A stretch of DNA of 64,000 nt from an uncultured Chloroflexia bacterium. GTDB lineage: Bacteria; Chloroflexota; Ktedonobacteria; Ktedonobacterales; Ktedonobacteraceae. The DNA is taken from NCBI GenBank assembly GCA_963717195.1, contig CAVQVR010000021.1:204934-268933 (forward strand), given 5' to 3'. The position numbers were made by a program, and so were the translations under genes. Shown here in pieces: positions 57,839 through 64,000 of this stretch (the first letter of the stretch is position 1; each line of letters begins with the position of its first letter). Below the pieces are notes generated by a model that did not search any database, had not been told where the DNA came from, and worked only from the letters and a program-made list of their open reading frames with translations.

Positions 57839-58825
57839 TTGATGATGAGAGAGTATACACAGCATGTGCCGGTGATGCTGGACGAGGTAGTGCGTTTCCT
57901 GCAACCTCGTTCGGGTGGCCACTATATCGATGGCACAGTTGGCGGAGGAGGACATACCGCAGCCATTCTTGAGCACTCAGAACCTGCTGGTACGGTTCTG
58001 GGCATCGATGCAGATGAACAGGCTCTGACACGTGTGCGTACACAACTCTCTCATTTTGTGGATAGTGGACGACTGGTGCTGGTACACAGCAATTTTGCTC
58101 ACCTGGCTCGTATCGTCGACGAGACTGAGCCCGGTTCTATACAGGGTATTTTGCTTGATCTAGGATTCTCGTCAGATCAGATGGAAAATGCACAACGTGG
58201 CTTCTCCTTCAGCTCTGACGGCCCCCTGGATATGCGGCTCGACCAGTCCCTGGCTGTTTCAGCCGCGGATCTGGTGAATACAGCGAGCGAACAGGAACTG
58301 GCAGATATCTTCTGGCGCTACGGCGAAGAGATCCGTTCCCGCCAGATAGCAAGGCGCATTGTACGCGAACGCGCAAAGGGTGCCATTACTCGTACAGCGC
58401 AGTTGGCAACAGTAGCCGCCGCTGGAGTTTCATATAAATCAAGCGCGATCCATCCGGCAACGCGTGTATTCCAGGCATTGCGCATCGCCGTCAATGCTGA
58501 ACTGGAGCAACTGACAGCAGTGCTCCCACAGATGGTTGAGATACTACAGGCAAAAAAAGGAGAAGCAGCAGGGATAGAGGACGCAGGAAGAATGGTGATT
58601 ATCGCTTTTCATTCGCTGGAGGACAGGATTGTGAAAACATTTATGCGCCGCGAGGCAAACGATTGTATCTGCCCCCCCCATACTCCTGTCTGCGTCTGTG
58701 GTCATAAGGCGACTCTACGTATTCTCACACGCAAGCCGCTGACCCCAACCAGTCAGGAAGTTGAGCGAAATCCTCGCGCTCGTAGTGCCAAACTGCGAGC
58801 CGCTGAAGTCATTGTTAGCTCGTAG
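57839..58825 (+). CDS. rsmH: 16S rRNA (cytosine1402-N4)-methyltransferase RsmH
   Basis: …HVPVMLDEVV…YIDGTVGGGGHT…GILLDLGFSSDQ…. Confidence 0.92.
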   Translation: MMMREYTQHVPVMLDEVVRFLQPRSGGHYIDGTVGGGGHTAAILEHSEPAGTVLGIDADEQALTRVRTQLSHFVDSGRLVLVHSNFAHLARIVDETEPGSIQGILLDLGFSSDQMENAQRGFSFSSDGPLDMRLDQSLAVSAADLVNTASEQELADIFWRYGEEIRSRQIARRIVRERAKGAITRTAQLATVAAAGVSYKSSAIHPATRVFQALRIAVNAELEQLTAVLPQMVEILQAKKGEAAGIEDAGRMVIIAFHSLEDRIVKTFMRREANDCICPPHTPVCVCGHKATLRILTRKPLTPTSQEVERNPRARSAKLRAAEVIVSS

Positions 58826-58905
58826 CGCGTCAGATGGGGTTGAGATGAATACGTTTGCTAAATCAGAGAGCATGTAATTAGTCAGTATCTCGAGGAACGC
58901 AAGAA

Positions 58906-59295
58906 ATGATTGGCCTGAAAGAGCAGAACAACACTTCACAAATATCGCCCGTCAGACGACGGCGGCAACTCTACCCATTCATCTTTTCTATGGGGCCGGT
59001 CGCTTTATGTATCACCAGCGTGCTCTTGATCGGCCTCATGGCAGTGTTCTACCTGAGCCAGGTAAACCAGGCTATCGCTGCTAACCAGCAACTCCAGGAC
59101 ATCACAGCCCAACAGGCCACTCTCAACCGGCAGAATCAAGACCTGGTGGAAACTATTGCTACCGAACAGTCACCAGAGTTTATCGCTGAGAATGCTCACA
59201 AACTTGGGCTTGTGCTGGCTGATCCGCAAAAAGTACAGATACTGATTGTAAAACACCTTTTACCTTTTATTGATAACAAACAGAATTATTCGTGA
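58906..59295 (+). CDS. ftsL: Cell division protein FtsL-like (single TM + coiled coil)
   Basis: Position between rsmH and ftsI. TM ALCITSVLLIGLMAVFYL followed by a heptad-like region. Confidence 0.55.
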   Translation: MIGLKEQNNTSQISPVRRRRQLYPFIFSMGPVALCITSVLLIGLMAVFYLSQVNQAIAANQQLQDITAQQATLNRQNQDLVETIATEQSPEFIAENAHKLGLVLADPQKVQILIVKHLLPFIDNKQNYS

Positions 59296-59311
59296 AACAA
59301 GGAGTATTTGA

Positions 59312-61060
59312 ATGAGTACAGACTTGCAAAGAGCACGTAACCGGCAAATGGTTATCTTCTTGCTGGTCTGTACTTCTATGCTCATTCTCCTGGGTCGCCT
59401 TTACTACTGGCAAGTAACACGTTCTGATTTCCTTACTCAACTGGCAAATGATGAGCATATTCAGAACCAGCTCGTCGCCGCCCCTCGTGGCTACATCTAT
59501 GATGTTCAGGGAGATATTCTTGCCACAAATGTGGTGCGTGACGACGTCTATATAGAACCGATCCAGTTTGCAACAGATAATTCCGGCCAGGACACCCAGG
59601 ACACCCAGGCCAATCTGACGCTCTTGTGCAGTAAGTTGCACCAGGTCTTACCACAACTCTCTGTGGAAAACCTTGTGTCTCTCTTCTCTTTGCACGTTGC
59701 CGCCGTGCGTATCGCCGGACCAATCGAGCCAGCACAGAGCCAACAATTGCACCAGTTACAGCTTGCCGATACGTTCCTGGAGCCTCGCACCTTGCGCATC
59801 TATCCAGGCGGCGACCTGGCTGCACAGGTTCTGGGTTATGTACAGGAAGGACAGGGAGGCGTTTATGGGATTGAACAAAAATATAATCTGTTGCTCGCTG
59901 GCAAACCTGGCACTTTAACTGCCGAGACCGATCTCGAAGGCAATCCATTGACAGTGGGTATCAACTCAGGACAGCAGGCCGTTCCTGGCGCGAATATAAC
60001 CTTGACGATTAATAGCACGGTTCAATATATGGTGCAGCGTGAACTGGCCAATGCCATTACAAAGATGGAAGCACAAAGCGGAGCCGTCATCATACTGAAT
60101 GCACGGACAGGGGCAGTAGTGGCAATGGCTGGTGAGCCGACCTTTGATCCTAATAATTATGGTGCCGCCGCTACTCAAAAAGGATGTATCGGACAGGAAG
60201 AGGTGTATTTTAACCCGGCACTCTATTGTGCCTACGAACCGGGCTCGACGATGAAATCTGTGACCATGGCTGCGGCTCTTGATCAGGGTCTGATTACTCC
60301 TGATACCACGTTATACGATCCTGGCTATATCAACTTTAGCGATGGGACGCAGGAGGTCACAAACTGGAACAACCAGGCCCATGGCACAGAGACGATGACG
60401 CAGGTACTTGAATATTCTGCCAATGTCGGTGCAGCCCATGTTGCGCATGACATCTTACATGCGCAGCGTTTTTATCCTTATCTACAGCGCTTTGGCTTTG
60501 GACAACTGACGGGGCTGGCTGATCCAGAGACTCCTGGTACGTATCGAGATCCGACCTCTCCCGGTTGGTCACCCAGCGACCTGGCCCGGCAAGGCTTCGG
60601 TCAGAGTATTCTGGTGACACCGCTTCAGATGGCACTGGCCTATCAAGCCATTGCAAATAGTGGAGTGATGATGCGGCCTTATCTGGTGGCTTCTATTAAT
60701 AATAATGGACATATTACGATGACACAGCCGCAAATTGAACGACGTGTAATCAGTGCAAATACGGCAAAACTATTGACAGGTATGCTGGTCAGTGCAGCGA
60801 ATTACAACCAGGAGGCAACCTTTCCTGGATACAGCGTTGCGGTAAAAACAGGAACCGCTACAACGCAAGGCATCTCGGCATATCAGACGGTGGCTTCCAT
60901 GATTGGCTTTCTGCCAGCATCGAATCCCCAATTCGTCATTTTAGCGAAACTGGATCGACCGCAAGCAACCATTTATGGTGGTACAGCGGCAGGTCCGCTC
61001 TGGAAAACTATTGCTGAACAGTTGATGTGGTACTACCATGTCGCACCGGATCAGCAATAA
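59312..61060 (+). CDS. ftsI: Peptidoglycan D,D-transpeptidase FtsI (class B PBP)
   Basis: N-terminal TM, SxxK (GSTMKSV), SxN (YSANVG), KTG (VKTGTA). Confidence 0.85.
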   Translation: MSTDLQRARNRQMVIFLLVCTSMLILLGRLYYWQVTRSDFLTQLANDEHIQNQLVAAPRGYIYDVQGDILATNVVRDDVYIEPIQFATDNSGQDTQDTQANLTLLCSKLHQVLPQLSVENLVSLFSLHVAAVRIAGPIEPAQSQQLHQLQLADTFLEPRTLRIYPGGDLAAQVLGYVQEGQGGVYGIEQKYNLLLAGKPGTLTAETDLEGNPLTVGINSGQQAVPGANITLTINSTVQYMVQRELANAITKMEAQSGAVIILNARTGAVVAMAGEPTFDPNNYGAAATQKGCIGQEEVYFNPALYCAYEPGSTMKSVTMAAALDQGLITPDTTLYDPGYINFSDGTQEVTNWNNQAHGTETMTQVLEYSANVGAAHVAHDILHAQRFYPYLQRFGFGQLTGLADPETPGTYRDPTSPGWSPSDLARQGFGQSILVTPLQMALAYQAIANSGVMMRPYLVASINNNGHITMTQPQIERRVISANTAKLLTGMLVSAANYNQEATFPGYSVAVKTGTATTQGISAYQTVASMIGFLPASNPQFVILAKLDRPQATIYGGTAAGPLWKTIAEQLMWYYHVAPDQQ

Positions 61061-61103
61061 TGGAGTAGTTGTATGGTACAATAGTGCGTCAAAAAGGTAT
61101 AGC

Positions 61104-61403
61104 ATGCGACAAGAAGATAAAGATATACGGCGTCTTATTTCAGCTCCAATGAGCGACATATGGTACGAGTTGTTGGGAGACTCTCGCATCCAGATAGAAA
61201 CTACATTACCTGAAAGTGAGGCAACTTTACCCACGTTAAAGAGTGACCCATGGGGCGAACTCTTGCAGACAAGAGACGTTGAAATAATTGATCTGCAACA
61301 GTTGCACTTACACATGAGCGACCAGGATGTAGAGATGGCCTTGCAAATTATGCAGGAACAACCTCCGCAGGATGTAAGGCACGACCAAAATTCAGGTCTA
61401 TAA
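61104..61403 (+). CDS. Hypothetical acidic protein in the dcw cluster
   Basis: ATG 61104 with an aaaagg RBS. No TM and no recognised domain. Occupies the slot normally held by murE/murF/mraY/murD. Confidence 0.3.
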   Translation: MRQEDKDIRRLISAPMSDIWYELLGDSRIQIETTLPESEATLPTLKSDPWGELLQTRDVEIIDLQQLHLHMSDQDVEMALQIMQEQPPQDVRHDQNSGL

Positions 61404-61454
61404 AACAGTATATTCGAAAATATGTTCTATGTCAAGTAGAGAAGACAGGTATAC

Positions 61455-63029
61455 ATGCTACGAGATCGGTCGAAACAAGGAGCCAATGGTGGCGAGCGAA
61501 TAGCGAGAGAGAGAAAAAGAGGCGAATTTTCTCCTCCTGTTATGCGTTCCCCTGCATTGGAAGCGGCAGAGCGCCAGAACCGGCAGGCTCAACAGGCAGA
61601 GAAACGCGCACCGCAGAAAAAGGTGGCAACGCGTAATGTCAGGGTGAGCTATGCGGTGGAGGATACCTTGCTGCGCCCTGCAACGCCGCGTAAAAGCTTG
61701 CCTCCTGGAAATCGTCCTGGAAATCGTCTCGGAACTGAAAAATCGCGCACCGGGTTGACTGCCAACTGGCGACGGCATTCAACTCCTATGCCTGTCATGC
61801 CCAGCACGCCCGTTCAGGTGATTAGCAAGGAAGAGCAAGAGAAACTCTCAGAGCTGGAGATGCGTCTCCCTCGCGTCGCTGGCAAAATCGATGCATGGCT
61901 ACTGGTAATTGTTCTGATGCTGTTGTGCATTGGCCTGGTGATGGTATACAGCGCCAGTTCATTTCTGGCTGAGCGGGATTATGGAGATGCTTCTTATTTC
62001 TTTCAGAAGCAGCTGATATGGGCCTTGCTTGGTATGGTAGTGATGTTTGTAACTATGCGCATAGACTATCGCTACTGGCGACGTATCTCTCTGCCTGGTA
62101 TGGTTATTGTGCTACCGTTGCTCGTTATCGTGCTGGTTGCTGGAACCAGCGTTAATGGTGCATCGCGCTGGTTGGGCTTTGGTTCATTTTTCTCGTTTCA
62201 ACCAAGTGAGCTTACCAAACTGGTGCTGGCACTCTATATCGCCGATTGGTTAGCTCGTAAGGGAAAACAGGTGGGGACGTTTCTCTATGGTCTGGCTCCC
62301 TTTGTTATTCTGGTTGGACTGATCCTGGGACTGGTATTGCTGGAAAACGATATGGGAACTGCGGTCATTATTGCAGGGCTCGCGACAACGATGTTTTTTA
62401 CCGCAGGAGCCAATCTGATTCAGTTCTTCCTGGCCATGGTCTGCGGGGGAGGAATTTTTCTGACGCAGGCGTTGCGTGGCTATCGCTACTATCGGCTGAT
62501 GGGCTTTCTGGACCCATTTAAAAATGTGACAACCATTAATCTGCAACTCTATCAGTCATTGCTGGCTCTGGGATCAGGTGGCTGGTTCGGCCTGGGATTG
62601 GGGGCAAGCCGTCAAAAGACGGGATACCTGCCATTTCCATATATCGATTCAATCTTCGCCATTATTGGCGAGGAACTGGGGTTTATTGGCTGTGCCATTA
62701 TCGTCATATTGTTTCTGTTTCTTGCCTTTCGTGGCTTCCGGCTGGCGCGGCGTACACAGGATATCTATGGCGCTCTATTGGCAACCGGTATCACTACCTG
62801 GTTGATCTTACAGGCGATGATCAATATTGGGTCAAGCACTGGCTCGATCCCTTATACAGGAGTGCCGCTGCCGTTTATTACCTACGGCGGCTCTTCGCTG
62901 GTCATCACAATGGCAGCTATAGGAGTATTGCTCAATATCTCGCGCTATATCCAGAAACCGGAGCATCCGGCTCTCTCGACGCGCACAATAACCAAAACAA
63001 TTCAATTCAAAGGAAAACGTAAGGTCTGA
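61455..63029 (+). CDS. ftsW: SEDS-family peptidoglycan polymerase FtsW with about 150 aa basic N-terminal extension
   Basis: About 10 TM helices with FtsW/RodA motifs (…LGSGGWFGLGLGASRQK…PFITYGGSS…). The N-terminal region is Arg/Pro-rich and low-complexity. Confidence 0.85.
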   Translation: MLRDRSKQGANGGERIARERKRGEFSPPVMRSPALEAAERQNRQAQQAEKRAPQKKVATRNVRVSYAVEDTLLRPATPRKSLPPGNRPGNRLGTEKSRTGLTANWRRHSTPMPVMPSTPVQVISKEEQEKLSELEMRLPRVAGKIDAWLLVIVLMLLCIGLVMVYSASSFLAERDYGDASYFFQKQLIWALLGMVVMFVTMRIDYRYWRRISLPGMVIVLPLLVIVLVAGTSVNGASRWLGFGSFFSFQPSELTKLVLALYIADWLARKGKQVGTFLYGLAPFVILVGLILGLVLLENDMGTAVIIAGLATTMFFTAGANLIQFFLAMVCGGGIFLTQALRGYRYYRLMGFLDPFKNVTTINLQLYQSLLALGSGGWFGLGLGASRQKTGYLPFPYIDSIFAIIGEELGFIGCAIIVILFLFLAFRGFRLARRTQDIYGALLATGITTWLILQAMINIGSSTGSIPYTGVPLPFITYGGSSLVITMAAIGVLLNISRYIQKPEHPALSTRTITKTIQFKGKRKV

Positions 63030-63073
63030 GTGTTCGCTTTTGTACAGGAACCTTACACGGTGCAAGGAAATAT

Positions 63074-64000
63074 ATGCGGGTTTTAATATCAGGTGGGGGC
63101 ACCGGAGGCCACATCTATCCGGCTCTCTCGGTGGCAACTCTATTAAGAGATACATATAACGCAGACATTCTCTATCTCGGCAGCGATGATGGTCTAGAGA
63201 CAGAGCTGATCCCTGCTGCTGGTTTTCGCTTCGCGCGTATTAAAGCTGGTAAACTGCAACGTTTTGTCTCCTGGCGTACGATGAAGGGCGTTGCTCGCGT
63301 CCCCGTCGGTATGACGCAGGCCGTAGGCATCGTACGAAATTTTCATGCCGACGTGGCTTTTACCAGCGGCGGCTATGTCGCGGTTCCAGCCGGGCTGGCC
63401 GCCAGAATCAATAGCGTGCCGCTGCTGATGCATCAACAGGACGTGCCACCGAATCTATCAAATAAATTACTTGCGCCGTTGGCAACGCGCATATCGGTAG
63501 CCTTTGCAGACTCTTTGCACTACTTTCCGGCACATAAAACAGTGCAACTGGGCAATCCTGTGCGGCAGACTATTCTGGATGTACGCCAGACTTCACCCCA
63601 GGACGCGCGTGCCGCGCTCGGCCTTGCGCCAGATGTGCCGCTCTTATTGGTAACGGGAGGCAGCCAGGGAGCTCGCTATCTCAATCAAACGGTATGTCGT
63701 GCCCTGCCAGAACTGCTTCTCCACTGTCAGGTTTTGCAGATCAGCGGGAAAAATCTGTTTGAGGAGACACAGGCGCTTTCTACCAATATGCTGGCAAATG
63801 TGCCTGCTGAGACAAGGCAACGCTATCGCCTGGTTCCCTATATGGACGCGCAGATGCCTTTAGCCTTGCAGGCTGCTGAAATAGTCGTATGCCGCGCAGG
63901 AGCCGCCACGCTGAGCGAACTGGCAGTCCTGGGAAAACCCAGCATCCTGATACCGCTGCCGCCAGCGCTTGGCGCATCTCCTCAGGAAGCTAACGCTTCT
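63074..64000 (+). CDS. murG: UDP-GlcNAc--MurNAc-pentapeptide-undecaprenol GlcNAc transferase MurG (3' partial at window end)
   Basis: MRVLISGGGTGGHIYPALSVA…LLVTGGSQGA…. RBS aaggaa before ATG 63074. The ORF runs off the window. Confidence 0.88.
   Translation, partial: MRVLISGGGTGGHIYPALSVATLLRDTYNADILYLGSDDGLETELIPAAGFRFARIKAGKLQRFVSWRTMKGVARVPVGMTQAVGIVRNFHADVAFTSGGYVAVPAGLAARINSVPLLMHQQDVPPNLSNKLLAPLATRISVAFADSLHYFPAHKTVQLGNPVRQTILDVRQTSPQDARAALGLAPDVPLLLVTGGSQGARYLNQTVCRALPELLLHCQVLQISGKNLFEETQALSTNMLANVPAETRQRYRLVPYMDAQMPLALQAAEIVVCRAGAATLSELAVLGKPSILIPLPPALGASPQEANAS

Overview
This 64 kb window looks like a chromosomal segment from a high-paralogy, moderately GC-rich bacterium. The gene content suggests a Chloroflexota/Ktedonobacteria-like organism, but that taxonomic guess is inference only. 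The dominant feature is a tandem array of five paralogous serine/threonine kinases (4.4-16.3 kb). Each has an N-terminal Cys4 zinc ribbon, a Hanks kinase domain and a C-terminal WD40 beta-propeller. A REC-ANTAR response regulator gene is embedded inside the array on the opposite strand. Other gene content: GT4 glycosyltransferase, a KGG-repeat stress protein, REC-plsX, acyl-CoA dehydrogenase, a secreted alpha/beta hydrolase, psuG, purH, rplU-rpmA, and an R2-like diiron protein. There are three adjacent F420/LLM oxidoreductases, one Fgd-like and one frameshifted. Further genes are a YaaT/RicT-like protein next to an SPFH membrane protein, a second REC-ANTAR regulator, DAHP synthase, GH2 beta-mannosidase, GlcG, a lipoate ligase, and tgt. 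The remainder comprises a tandem Rel/RelA-like (p)ppGpp enzyme pair, a GxGYxYP protein, a primary-like sigma-70, DedA, dut-dnaJ, a macro domain protein, HU, and an MBL hydrolase. The window ends in a compact dcw cluster (mraZ-rsmH-ftsL-ftsI-small ORF-ftsW-murG) that lacks the usual mur genes. The most interesting non-obvious signal is upstream of the DAHP synthase gene. It is a textbook ribosome-mediated attenuator: a sigma-70-like promoter, a 20-codon leader ORF encoding ...F-S-F-Y-Y-W-F..., a long alternative stem, and an intrinsic terminator about 40 nt before the start codon. Other signals are a dispersed family of palindromic/MITE-like repeats sharing a GTAGGGG core and an ATTTATAA-type terminal sequence, found at at least 10 intergenic sites. 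Two single-base frameshifts were also found (plsX C-terminus, one LLM oxidoreductase). A near-identical promoter architecture lies upstream of three of the kinase paralogs. GTGGGG 10-bp-phased repeats and a DnaA-box-like triplet sit in front of mraZ. No rRNA, convincing tRNA or CRISPR array was seen.
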